A stretch of 64,000 nt of DNA. It comes from an uncultured Nitrososphaerales archaeon. Its GTDB lineage: Archaea > Thermoproteota > Nitrososphaeria > Nitrososphaerales > Nitrososphaeraceae. The position numbers and the translations under genes are program-made. Position 1 is the stretch's first letter, and each line of letters starts with the position of its first letter. The stretch covers positions 32,001 through 96,000 of the forward strand of contig CAVPXM010000055.1 of the NCBI GenBank assembly GCA_963709405.1, given 5' to 3'. Below the pieces are notes generated by a model that did not search any database, was not told where the DNA came from, and saw only the letters and a list, made by a program, of their open reading frames with translations. This document shows, one piece after another, positions 32,291-43,042 of this stretch.

Positions 32291-33129
32291 TTAAATCCTT
32301 TTTGTCAAGTCTAAAAAAGAATAACTCCTACGTTTTCTCATCAAATTTATAATATCAGGATATTTGCCCAAGTGTTGACGAAAGTCTTTCATTAAATCAG
32401 CTAATTCTTTTGGATCTGTAGGTATGTCCAGTTTTTTGTTAACTATGGCTAGCTGATCTTCAGGAACTAGCCGTTCATATTCCAACCTGTGTATTTTCCA
32501 CCCCTTGGCAGTTATCTCCTTTTCTAAGGTATCCCTTTGCATTGTTATCTTTTCCAGTTCCCTTTGTGTCACTACAAGCTTTTCTGCTACAGGCCTATTT
32601 TTCTTATAGTCCAAGAGAATATCCATAGTTAGTTTGTTTTCTTCCAGCAACTCTTCTTTCTCTATCTGCAAATCGACTACCTTTTGTACTATTTCATGTA
32701 ATATTTCCTTTTTTTGCGAAACATATTCAGGTAAAGCATCGATAGTGACGTCCAGATTATCAGAAATATCAGATATATTACTTATAAGATTAATAAATTC
32801 GTCAACTTTTAGACTACGCTTGAAACAATGGACTTCAATTTTTTCAATAAATGATTCTACTTGTTCTTCATTTAAGCCGTTATCTTCGAATATCTTTCTA
32901 AGCCTGATTGAAGAGGCTAGAAAATTAGATCTAAACCTTTATTTTTAATTATTAAAGCAACTTGCCTTAATAAATCAAAATCCGGATCGTTCTGTTTGCA
33001 TTCTTTAATTATCGAACTTACTGTCCCTGCCCCTATATCTACTTCCCTAGCGATTTGATCTCTGGAATGACCTTTAAGCCAACATCTGATGACTTCCTTT
33101 CTTATCGAAAGAGGTGTTTTGGTACCCAT
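32291..33129 (-). CDS. N-terminal HTH plus coiled-coil protein of a multicopy Nitrososphaeraceae family (frameshift near 32920)
   Basis: VIRCWLKGHSRDQIAREVDIGAGTVSSII HTH; continues in another frame as ASSIRLRKIFEDNGLNEEQVESFIEKIEVHCFK and joins ORF 32291-32671. Confidence 0.7.
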
Positions 33130-33237
33130 ACTCCTATCCCCAATTAATTTACATAATTCCAGTTTATAATAGATTGAAAATTTCTCTTTTTAATGATAGG
33201 AATTTGCACCCACCCATTTTACGAGTATGCAGTCATC

Positions 33238-33325
33238 TGACGATGATTTGACGAGCAAATGACGAAAATCCGACGCCTACCTGACGGTAATTCGACGATA
33301 TTTTGACGGTAAAATGACGATAGTA
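33238..33325 (+). repeat. phased array of 8 x 11-bp direct repeats with core YGACG
   Basis: GACG starts at 33239, 33250, 33261, 33272, 33283, 33294, 33305 and 33316, an exact 11-bp period. Confidence 0.92.
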
Positions 33326-33436
33326 AAAAAGCGTTGACTGTATAGCATGGTTTCTACAGCCCGATCGAACATTTCGTAAAATCCTAATTGTATATTGCAT
33401 CCATTTAGGTAAGGTCAAATACGATGATAATATAGT

Positions 33437-34333
33437 TTGACTAAAGGTCAATATATGATATCAAATTGGCTTCATGCCTTAAGGATCAAGTTCCTTCTTG
33501 CTTCGGTAATTTCCGTAGTAGTTGGTCTATCAGTTACTTATTGGAAAATGGGTCACATTGATTACGTATATTCAATTTTGACCATAGTAGGTGTGACTTC
33601 ACTTCACTGTAGTATTGACCTGCTAAACGATTATTGGGATTATAATAGGGGAATAGACAAGGATACTAAGAAAACAAAGTTTAGTGGCGGTTCAGGTGTC
33701 CTCCCAAACAAACTATTAAGCCCAAAGAGTGTTTACGTGGCGGGTATGGTATTTTTATGTATAGGATCTATTATTGGTGTATACTTTGTGGTCATCAGAG
33801 GGATAGTAATAGCCCTCATACTGGTTTTCGCAATTCTCTCCGTCTACTTTTACTCCACTAAAGTTGTAAATGTTGGGCTTGGGGAACTCTTTATTGTCAT
33901 AAAAGGTACTTTAATTGTCCAAGGGGCCTACTACGTGCAAACATCAATGTTGAGCTTCACGGCAGTGTATAATGGAATAATTGTAGGCCTATTTTCTGCG
34001 ATTGTTTTATTCGCAAACTCATTTCCTGATTTTGATGCAGACAAACTTCATGGTAGACGAACATTAGTAATTTTGCTTGGAAGACAGAGGGGAGCCAGAT
34101 TTTTTACAGTATTTATCCTCGTTCCTTATATTCTAATTTCAATCGGAACGTTTACTGGTTATACAAAATTGTCTTCTCTGGTATGTCTCTCAACACTACC
34201 TTTAGCAGTTAGAGGTATCATGACTCTAAATAGAGACTTCATAACGGAAAGAAGCTTACTAACAGTTATGTCAAATACTATCTGGTGTTCCCGCCTCACG
34301 GGCGGCTTACTTGCTCTCAGTCTAATAATGTGA
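33437..34333 (+). CDS. menA: UbiA-family prenyltransferase, MenA-like
   Basis: LLNDYWDYNRGID, SGGSGVL, GLGEL, NSFPDFDADKLHGRRTL; multiple TM helices. Confidence 0.85.
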   Translation: MTKGQYMISNWLHALRIKFLLASVISVVVGLSVTYWKMGHIDYVYSILTIVGVTSLHCSIDLLNDYWDYNRGIDKDTKKTKFSGGSGVLPNKLLSPKSVYVAGMVFLCIGSIIGVYFVVIRGIVIALILVFAILSVYFYSTKVVNVGLGELFIVIKGTLIVQGAYYVQTSMLSFTAVYNGIIVGLFSAIVLFANSFPDFDADKLHGRRTLVILLGRQRGARFFTVFILVPYILISIGTFTGYTKLSSLVCLSTLPLAVRGIMTLNRDFITERSLLTVMSNTIWCSRLTGGLLALSLIM

Positions 34334-34414
34334 GGGTCTCAATTTGGATTACCTAACCAGGTCAGCATATCCATATGAAGTTGTTGTTTTGGTAACATTT
34401 ATTGAATCACCCCA

Positions 34415-35758
34415 TTAAATCTGTGTTTTGGATGGAGGGTTGGCAAAAATATTGTTGGAATCTAGGTGATAATTCACCACGAGTTGAGGATCCTTTTGCC
34501 TTCCAGTAAGTATACCAACGACGACGTCATCTTTTCCTATTACTTCATCGTGTATAAGCTTCTTAACTGCTGCTGGCACTGAACCTGACGCCATTTCACA
34601 ATCGAAGCCGTTTAGTCCTACGACTGACATTCCGTCTGCCATCTCTTTATCATTCACCTGTACCACGATACCATTCGTAAAATCTAGGGCTCGGAGTGCC
34701 TTTACTATGTTGGCAGGTCTACCTATTTGGATTGCTGTAGCTTGAGTCTTTGGAAATTTACCCCTGACAGTGTTGAACTCATAATATCGATTTATCATTT
34801 GCAAATCAGGTCTACCATTATTCCAAGAAAGATTTTTTCCTTCGAACAAACCATTAACCAATTCGTAAAAAGTATTGGCTCCCTCTGAGTTAACTACAAC
34901 TAATCGAGGAATTTTTTTTATCCAACCCCATCCGTACAATTCCATAAGACACTTGCCACAACTAGCAGTGTTGCCAAGAGCACCTCCTGGATAAAATATC
35001 CAATCCGGCGGAGACCAGTTCAAATTTTCTAATACTCTATATATAATTGTCTTCTGACCCTCAATTCGAAACGGATTGATTGAATTTACGGTGTAACCTC
35101 CGTTCTCTTGAGCCGCTTTCAACGATGTGGAAAGAGCGTCATCGAAATTACCGTTAACCTCGATTACATGCGCTCCAAATTGGAATGCTTGTCCTAGTTT
35201 GCCGGGCGCAACCTCTCCTCTTGGAATATATACGCTGCAATCCATTCTCTCATTCGCAGCGTACATCGCTGCCGAAGCTGAGGTATTCCCAGTTGATGCA
35301 CATATTAAGTTTCTAACCTTTAACATCTTTGCATGGGTAACCGCCGTAGCCATGCCGTTATCCTTGAATGATCCACTCGGGTTGTACCCCTCGGGCTGTA
35401 GTAGAAGAGAATCTGGATTAATTTCAGCATACTCAGCGACTTTCGTCATCTTATAAGGCTTGGAAAGGCGACCCTCAGCTCCATCAAGGGATACAAGAAA
35501 GGTAGCGCATTGAGTGAAATTCTCACAATCAATATTTACAAAATTTATGAGATCTCTGAATCTCCAAACTCCACTTTCATCGTAAATATTTCCTCCATGA
35601 TTCCTCCTGTGGTAAAACCTATCAATGAGTTCACGCTTTGGTGCCTTCAGGTATTGCACGTCAAGGAAGTAGCCACACCCACATACATAATCGTCTGCAA
35701 GCGTATCATATGTCAGCCCGCAGTGTGGGTTAATGCATTTCTTGTTAGCTGTCTGCAT
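34415..35758 (-). CDS. thrC: threonine synthase
   Basis: EGYNPSGSFKDNG (PLP Lys), CASTGNTSAS, NSINPFRIEGQKT, PGGALGN, TAIQIGRP. Confidence 0.92.
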   Translation of the reverse strand: MQTANKKCINPHCGLTYDTLADDYVCGCGYFLDVQYLKAPKRELIDRFYHRRNHGGNIYDESGVWRFRDLINFVNIDCENFTQCATFLVSLDGAEGRLSKPYKMTKVAEYAEINPDSLLLQPEGYNPSGSFKDNGMATAVTHAKMLKVRNLICASTGNTSASAAMYAANERMDCSVYIPRGEVAPGKLGQAFQFGAHVIEVNGNFDDALSTSLKAAQENGGYTVNSINPFRIEGQKTIIYRVLENLNWSPPDWIFYPGGALGNTASCGKCLMELYGWGWIKKIPRLVVVNSEGANTFYELVNGLFEGKNLSWNNGRPDLQMINRYYEFNTVRGKFPKTQATAIQIGRPANIVKALRALDFTNGIVVQVNDKEMADGMSVVGLNGFDCEMASGSVPAAVKKLIHDEVIGKDDVVVGILTGRQKDPQLVVNYHLDSNNIFANPPSKTQI

Positions 35759-35900
35759 TTATTAGAATGTGAGCTATGTAGCGTTAGTCTATATATATAG
35801 CCTAGGTCGGAAGATTTGAATAATCGCATCGCAATATCAATTCTAGTTTTTGACATATACAGAGTAAATAATTCGAAATGAGTCGAAATAGACTTTCGGT

Positions 35901-36446
35901 ATGGATATCCTTGGCCCTTTCTATCTTAGTAATTCCAGTCAAAGGAATTACATCATTAGTTGCTTAGATGATTGTTCTAGGAAGGTAGCTAGCAAGTGGT
36001 CCGAAAGAAAGAGGTCAGTGGATGTTCTTAATGTATTAGAGGACTGGATAATGATTAATGGTAAGCCTAAGATGATGATGCATGATAACGGTAAACAGTT
36101 TACATCCAGAATATTCAGACATTTCCTTATACATAATCAGATAAAAGATAAGCAAATACCAAAATCATATCCGCAGTTACAGGGCAAAGTAGAAGCATAT
36201 AACAAGATTGTAAAGAGTGAATTCATAGCATTAGAAGATATACCAAACATAGATGATGGTAAACAAAGATACGACATGTTTGTTAAAGCATATAACGAAA
36301 CCAGAGAACATGGAGGCATAAATGGTCTTACTCCATCGGAGATGTTCCTACAAAGGTTAATTACATCCAGTACACATACGAGAACTAAACAGAAAAGTGT
36401 AACCCATGTAGGTAATTAGAAATGTAACCTATCCGTGCAAGTCAAC
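35901..36446 (+). mobile_element. IS481/IS3-like transposase fragment (rve DDE core) plus right-end sequence
   Basis: MDILGPF...DDCSR...HDNGKQF...PQLQGKVEAYN...YNETREHGGINGLTP; subterminal TGTAACCYAT repeats at 36398 and 36423; N-terminal HTH missing. Confidence 0.8.
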
Positions 36447-36506
36447 CCTAGGTAACGCCACACTGACTATTATAATAAGGGCAGAACAGACGAATTGCAT
36501 AATCCA

Positions 36507-36791
36507 TTACTTAGATTTTCGCTTTTCTGGAGTACGTGCTGGTTTATCAAGTATCTTCAAAAGCTGTTGAATAACACCGTCCATGTCTTCCTCCTTTACG
36601 TCCGGGAAGACCGCGTGATTAAGTAAATTACTTACAGTTGAGGAGGTTTCTGAGCTGACTTCCTCAAAGCTGTCCACGTCCGTATATGTCTGCTGATAGA
36701 GTTTATGAAGACGGGCCGCATACATCTGTGTTCTTTCGTTCACAGTTACCTTATACGTACGGGAATTCACCTTAATTTTTTCCTCTATCAT
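36507..36791 (-). CDS. hypothetical protein (94 aa)
   Basis: Clean ATG ORF with protein-like composition. Confidence 0.6.
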   Translation of the reverse strand: MIEEKIKVNSRTYKVTVNERTQMYAARLHKLYQQTYTDVDSFEEVSSETSSTVSNLLNHAVFPDVKEEDMDGVIQQLLKILDKPARTPEKRKSK

Positions 36792-36971
36792 CTATTTTCT
36801 AATTTCGAACTTGTATCTAAAATACTTGCCGAATATGAGGAAATTCTAGTTTCAATATACTGAGATTTTCAAAGGTTTATCCCTTTTATTTCGGAATGGA
36901 TTGAGTATGTGTTTGTAAGACTGACAGCTGGCTTCTAAAAACTATTCAATTAGCCTTTATTGAGTTTCGAC

Positions 36972-37395
36972 TCATCCACTGGCTCCATATCTTTTTACAA
37001 GGTTTAATATAAAACGTTCTGCAACAAACATGTTTCTCTCTTTTGATATGCTTATTTGAAGGATTTCTCGGTTATCATTTTCAATGGCTATCCATAACCA
37101 GATATATTCGGAACCAACTTTAATGATAGTTTCATCAATTATAAATTCAGTAATACGTATCTTTCTGGAACTTAACATCTCTGGTTTATATTTTTGAATC
37201 CAGTCTCTGATGGCAGTATGACTTCTTTTAACAAATCTAGACACAGCTTTGGAAGTATTTCTTAATGAAAGACCAAGGAAATACAGATACAGAGAATATG
37301 CTATATCCTCAGGTTCTGTTCTCTTTCTTATTTGACACATCATAACCTATATCGGAGTCATAAAGCTATAGATTTTTCCTTAACTTTACAGAGCC
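36972..37395 (-). mobile_element. IS6-family transposase fragment with left terminal inverted repeat
   Basis: YLYFLGLSLR, RSHTAIRDWIQKY, IIDETIIKVGSEYIWLWIAIE, ISKERNMFVAERF; GGCTCTGTAAAGTTA terminus on the minus strand at 37381-37395; 3' half missing. Confidence 0.85.
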
Positions 37396-37548
37396 CATCC
37401 ACTAAATGTAAATCTTAAACGGGATCCTCTCAGCTTCTTCACCATGCTAATGTCAGGAATAATCTTACATGTTGTCGTTCTATTTTGTCTAATGATCTTT
37501 TATGCATAACTTAAAGACGTAGAAGCTAGGGACGAGGCGATATATGAA

Positions 37549-37884
37549 TTGAAGAATCGTTCAGATATAGAAGTAATGGCTTCAATATTACGGTCTGCAA
37601 CAACAGGCTGGGAATATAAAACTACGATAATGAATAACGCAGTTGTATCCCATTCTCAATTAATTAGATACCTAGCGATTGCAGTAGAAAAAGGATTAAT
37701 GGAATATTCGGAAACCACCGGACTATACAGGACTACTCCAGCCGGCATAAAATACTTGGCCAAATACGAGCAGCTCCTAGTTCTCTTCCCTGCGATTCCG
37801 GATCTGCCAGATTTGGATAACGTATCAGACACGACTCAAGAGGAGAGCTTTAATGAGCCATTAAAGGATCGCCTCCTCTTTTGA
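37549..37884 (+). CDS. winged helix-turn-helix transcriptional regulator
   Basis: MKNRSDIEVMASIL...KTTIM...SHSQLIRYL...GLMEY...YRTTPAG..YL, the archaeal wHTH pattern. Confidence 0.85.
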   Translation: MKNRSDIEVMASILRSATTGWEYKTTIMNNAVVSHSQLIRYLAIAVEKGLMEYSETTGLYRTTPAGIKYLAKYEQLLVLFPAIPDLPDLDNVSDTTQEESFNEPLKDRLLF

Positions 37885-38040
37885 TTGAATCATTATATTC
37901 TTGTAAAATAATCGATAATTAAATATCGTCCGATGCATCGTTAAGTCTGGTTATTATTTATTTAGTCCTTTACGAGATATCGTAGTAAGTCGAAATTTTA
38001 ATTAATAAAACTACTTAACTGTAAAGAGAAAGTGGTACCG

Positions 38041-39021
38041 ATGGATCTCGCTACGTGCAACGAATTGAAAGCTATGCTGACCGATAGTATAGCTCGTAAT
38101 TATTCCGATAACCTGTTACTATCTGGCGGATTAGATAGTAGTATTGTCTCTTCTATATTGCATCCGAAAAAAACATTCACGGTTGCATTGTCGTACGAAG
38201 CACCAGACGTGAGTTATGCACGGTTGATCGCACGTATGTATAGCAAACAGCATCGAGAAATAATACTTACATTAAATGAATTATTTCAGGTTGTAGAAAG
38301 TGTTATTCATCTTCTCAAGACATTTGATCCTATTGAAGTAAGAAATTCTAGTGTAATCTTTGCCGCATTTGAGGTCCTTAAAAGTGAGGGATACAAAAGC
38401 ATAGTTACTGGTGACGGAGCAGATGAACTCTTCGCCGGCTATAACTACTTATTAAGGTACTTTGATGACCATGCAAGACTTAGCGATGAACTGGCTCGAC
38501 TATGGGATTTGATGAGCTTTTCATCAGTAAGAATAGGCAATAAGCTAGGAATAAGGGTCCTAACTCCATATTTAGACAAGCAGTTTGTGCAATTCGCTAA
38601 ATCACTTACGGTTGATACAAAGGTAGGCCTCCAATCGGGTAAGAAGTGGGGGAAGTTTATTTTAAGGCAATGCTTTGAAAGAGAGCTTGGTAAATTTGTT
38701 GTCTGGAGAAGAAAATATCCCCAAGAAGAGGGTTCTGGATTCGCCAAAATCAGGAATATAATTATACAAAAATACAATTCTAACAAGTTTGGTAATGAAG
38801 AAGCTAAGAGCAATTCGAATGGAGTCCAAATTAGAGACTGGGAGCATCTTTATTATTTCAATATTTATAGAAAATACTTTCCTCTGCCGATAGAAGAATA
38901 TTGTGCTGGGGAGAGATGTCCTGATTGCAGCGCATGTCTTAGTGATGGTTCGAATTATTGCCATACATGCGGATGTTTCCCGGCAAGGAAACTACATTTT
39001 AAACTGTATAGTGACATTTAG
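38041..39021 (+). CDS. asparagine synthase C-terminal (ATP pyrophosphatase) domain protein with a C-terminal Zn ribbon
   Basis: LLSGGLDSS PP-loop, TGDGADELFAGY, PYLD, KFILR; C-terminal CPDC...CHTCG; no glutaminase domain. Confidence 0.85.
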   Translation: MDLATCNELKAMLTDSIARNYSDNLLLSGGLDSSIVSSILHPKKTFTVALSYEAPDVSYARLIARMYSKQHREIILTLNELFQVVESVIHLLKTFDPIEVRNSSVIFAAFEVLKSEGYKSIVTGDGADELFAGYNYLLRYFDDHARLSDELARLWDLMSFSSVRIGNKLGIRVLTPYLDKQFVQFAKSLTVDTKVGLQSGKKWGKFILRQCFERELGKFVVWRRKYPQEEGSGFAKIRNIIIQKYNSNKFGNEEAKSNSNGVQIRDWEHLYYFNIYRKYFPLPIEEYCAGERCPDCSACLSDGSNYCHTCGCFPARKLHFKLYSDI

Positions 39022-39263
39022 AAAGGAGTTCTCATTTGAGGACTGACTTCTAAGATAGTATTAATTTTGACTAACATTCTAGCTTCATCAAAATGGATCT
39101 TATTTCTAATCTACAACTGTTCCATATCAGAATAGAGCATTGAATAAAACATTCAAAACACACATGTATTACAAACGAAGGCTACGTCGTGAAAGGCTAG
39201 ATAAGTTAAATGGTAAATAGATACCAGTACTCAGATTTATAACGCGACTCGAGAGCTGTGTGA

Positions 39264-39617
39264 TTAACTCTTCGGTTTAGGCTTGCTGTATTCACCCTTC
39301 GATGATACTATGGACATAATAGCCTTCTTAATCCTTGATATCGTTGGATAGCTATATCCCATGTGTCTATAATTTTGTATCATCGTTTTCCAGTTGGCAA
39401 GTCTCCAATTTGCCTGCTCTGTGGTTAAAAGCAAAGTCTCTCTCTTCACTTTGCTCTTTCTCCCGGGCATCAGATACCCACCTGACTGCGCTCTAGCTCG
39501 ATGGTAGGAGAATTTCAATCCAAATATAATCATGTCAGTAGTGAGTGAGTCAATGTAGAATCTAATCTCTTTGTTCTGTAGTTCAGTCGATCTTATCTTG
39601 TACAAGTACTCCTTCAA
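39264..39617 (-). CDS. basic hypothetical protein
   Basis: Clean 117-aa ORF, RARAQSGGYLMPGRKS. Confidence 0.6.
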   Translation of the reverse strand: MKEYLYKIRSTELQNKEIRFYIDSLTTDMIIFGLKFSYHRARAQSGGYLMPGRKSKVKRETLLLTTEQANWRLANWKTMIQNYRHMGYSYPTISRIKKAIMSIVSSKGEYSKPKPKS

Positions 39618-39777
39618 TATTATAACGACATAACCATGTTGGTCCTTATTACCTTTCTAAATTCGAGTTCTGAAAGAGTTTCAGCATTTTTATTCTGGTC
39701 AACGAGAATGAATACTGAGGATACCTCATAAGTGAGATCGAGATATTACAATTACAAGATCCTAAAACCAAGTTATT

Positions 39778-40996
39778 CTAAATGATGTTCAGTGTCTTAC
39801 CTATGGTTTCAATTTTTTCTATGGCGATAGATAATTGTTCCTTACGCAACATAGCGGTGATGGAAGCCCTCAATCTCGCAAATCCTATCTTGACCGTGGG
39901 ATAACGAATCGCCTGGATAAAGACACCATTTGAAAGTAGAGTCTTTGAGAACTGCATAGTTAGTTTCTCATCTCCTATTACAAGTGGAATTATTTGAGTT
40001 CTAAAAGTTGACTTATCACTATCGGTCTTAAAGCCGATCTTATTTATATTAGAAGTAAAAAAGTTAATATTCTCAATTAGCTTTTTTTGCAATCTCCCTC
40101 TGTTTGCTATAGGAATAGGCAGCTATTGCCGAAGAACAGAGGTGAGAAGGTAGAGCAGAGGAATAGATAAAGGACCGTGACCTATTTATTAATAATTCTG
40201 TAATTTGCTGCGATGCAGCGACGTAGCCGCCAAAGCATCCAAGAGCCTTACTTAAACTACTTATATATACGTCAACCATACAAACTCCTTTTGCAGAGGT
40301 AAACCTCAGGTTATGCGTATGATCAAATATGAAATCCCCATGTGAATCATCAACTATGGTCATTGCATTGTGGGATAGTGCAATTTCATGAATCCTCTTG
40401 AGATTTGATTGATCGCCATCCATACTAAAAATAGTTTCAGTTAAAATTATCTTTCTTTCTGACTTACTACTCCGAACCAGATATTCAAGATGTTCCAAAT
40501 CATTATGCTTAAATATTTCGATTCGCGCTCCACTTAGCCTGCAGCCATCTATTATACTAGCATGATTAAATTCATCGCTGAATATTGTAGTTGATTTATT
40601 TGCCAAAGTCGATATAACACCAATATTTGCCATGTAACCGTTCGGATAAATTAATGCCCTATCGGTTTTACGATGGTCTGCAAGCGTGTTCTCAAGTTTG
40701 ATTAATTCACTGCTATTCCCAGCTACTAATCTAGAACTACATTGCGACACTTGTTTTAAACTCTTGATGGTTCTTGCTAGTACTATTTTATTCTCAGACA
40801 ATCCAAGATAATCATTGGAACACAAGTTGATGCTCTCTATCCCATCGATCAGAACAACTGCCGGTTTGGTAGATTTAGACACTAAACTCAATCTTCGATA
40901 CAAATTTGCATTTTCCAGACGATTTAGTTCGTCTCTCACAAAGGCAAATTTGTGGTCCTTTGCTCGAGTCCTTGTAATCTTATGCCTTGAGACCAA
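39778..40996 (-). CDS. bioF: 8-amino-7-oxononanoate synthase (frameshift near 40115)
   Basis: CSNDYLGL, GYMANIG, SDEFNHASIIDG, FKHND, FSMDGD, SLSKALG; the C-terminal IRYPTV..ARLR is in ORF 39778-40092. Confidence 0.9.
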
Positions 40997-41967
40997 TCTC
41001 CTTAATCATTGCAATGTCATCCTTCGGATTATTGCCGCCTACTGTCAAATACCCTCCGGTAATTATCCCATTGGCTCCAGCTTTTAACGCGGTTTTATCC
41101 TGATTCTTAAGATTTATTTCTCTGCCACCTGCTATCTTTATGATTCCTCTCGGCATTATGAATCGCCAGACGGCAACAGTTCTAATGGCCTCAAGCGGAT
41201 TTATTCTCAGCTCGGTTTGCTAGTGGTGTCCCTTCTCTTCCAATCAACATGTTGAGTGGGATCTCGTCTGGTTGAAGAGATTTGATAGAGAAGGCAAGTT
41301 CCAGTCTTTGTTTTTCGTTTTCACCCATACCTATAATACCTCCACAACACAATTCCAGACCTTCTTCCTTTACAATTTTCGCTGTATTCATTCTGTCGGC
41401 AAAGTCATGCGTCTTACAGATTTGAGAAAAATAACTTTCTGCGGTTTCGAGGTTGTGGTTATACCTTTTTACCCCTATATTTTTGAGAGTCCTTGCCTGT
41501 TCTCTTGTAATTGATCCCAGGGATGCATTGACATCTATTTCGAGCCTCTTCTTGATTTCTATAATTATTTCGCAAATCTGCTCGAAATCTTTAGCAGGAG
41601 GAGATTTATATGCGCATACCAGACAGAAGCTCTTGGAGCCAGAGTCCTTAGCTTCCATAGCCTTTTCTAAGATTAACTCCTTGGGCAAAAGTGGATAAGT
41701 CTTTATTCCAGTTTGTTTATAATGTGAGGATTGCGCACAAAAATAGCAGTCCTCTGGGCAATTTCCGGATTTTGCGTTTATCAGGCTCTCAACATCTACG
41801 TCATCACCGTTAAATGTCCTCGTGATAATATTTGCACAATTAGTTAAAGTATTTAGATCGCTAGTAAGTAATATTCGTTCGGCCTCTTCGAAGGTCAAAT
41901 CCGATCCCATGAGGACCTTATTCATCATATTATAAACGAACCCGGACTCTCTATCCATTTTCTTCAT
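40980..41967 (-). CDS. bioB: biotin synthase (frameshift near 41200)
   Basis: CPEDCYFCAQS radical SAM motif, YNHNLET, CCGGIIGMGE; the C-terminus (...GGNNPKDDIAMIKEIGLKA*) is in another frame, ending at 40980. Confidence 0.92.
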
Positions 41968-42438
41968 ACAGAGTCACCGTAGGATATATAATAATCTGCT
42001 GCCGGAATCCTAGAAATTAAGATTAGTGTTGGTAGAGAACGAGGTTATGAATGTAGAAGTTTAATCAAGCGGCGAGATTTGTGAGATAGTAGGAATAATA
42101 TTTCTAATATCAAATTATGAATGAACCTCCAGATTCATTAAAGGGAGCTGGATATTTTACCAGATAGAGACGTCAAAGGTTAGGTTATAGGGGCAGAAAA
42201 GTCGATCCAAGGATAGATTAACATGAAGGCATACACGGGAAGGATGACGAATTTCGGATATTTGATTCATTTTTCTATCCGGCTATAATAGGACCCTTTA
42301 ATATACTGGCTAAATAATAGGGCCTTTTCTGAATCATTTTCCTAAGGCATATCATTTAATCACATTGAACCTTTTTTGAACTGCAAATCAGATGTATTTG
42401 ACTTTGCGTGTGTTAAGTACTAACAACCAATTCGTATT

Positions 42439-43038
42439 GTGAAGTTTGCATTAGCATATGTTAGAGTTAGTACTGAAGAACAAACAGTACTCAACCAAAG
42501 ATTGGCTATTGAAAGATGGGCAGTAGAACAAGGTTATCACGTTATCTACTTCTTTGAGGATTCGGCCATAAGCGGAAAAATACCGGCTACTATGCGGCAA
42601 GCATTTCAAGAAATGTTAGAATTGCTAAAGCATGACAGAGTTGATGCAGTATTGGTCTATGAACTATCAAGAGTTGGCAGGACATTCTGGGATACGCTCG
42701 ATGCTATCAAAGCCATTGAGCTTTACGCTCCGCTAATATCTTGTTCTCCAAGAGAAACCTTCCTTCAGAGTACTGAAGCTAGTATTAGAAAGCTGATGAT
42801 AGGTATCCTAACTTGGGTGGCAGAGCGAGAGAGAGAGATGTTAATTCAAAGGACGAAGGATGGAATGGCACGGGCGAAAAATTCTGGAAAACGCATTGGG
42901 AGGCCGCCAAAGGTGGTCGACAAGGATAACCTTATAAGACTATTGGCTGATCAGAAGTCTCGAAACGAAATTGCTAGGAATCTCGGAGTCTGCAAAGCTA
43001 CGTTATACAAAGAACTTAGAAAGCATCAAATCAACTAG
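42439..43038 (+). CDS. small serine recombinase (resolvase/invertase) with a C-terminal HTH
   Basis: YVRVSTEEQ (catalytic Ser), ISG, ELSRVGR, EREMLIQRTKDG..RAK..GKRIGRPP, IARNLGVCKATLYK. Confidence 0.92.
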   Translation: MKFALAYVRVSTEEQTVLNQRLAIERWAVEQGYHVIYFFEDSAISGKIPATMRQAFQEMLELLKHDRVDAVLVYELSRVGRTFWDTLDAIKAIELYAPLISCSPRETFLQSTEASIRKLMIGILTWVAEREREMLIQRTKDGMARAKNSGKRIGRPPKVVDKDNLIRLLADQKSRNEIARNLGVCKATLYKELRKHQIN

Positions 43039-43042
43039 CCTA

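Noticed and set aside
33238-33325. CRISPR array interpretation of the 11-bp repeats
   Set aside because: A 5-bp core and 6-bp spacers are far too short, and there are no cas genes in the window
42439-43038. IS607 element (TnpA-TnpB)
   Set aside because: The HTH is C-terminal (resolvase type), not the N-terminal MerR-like domain of IS607 TnpA, and no tnpB follows
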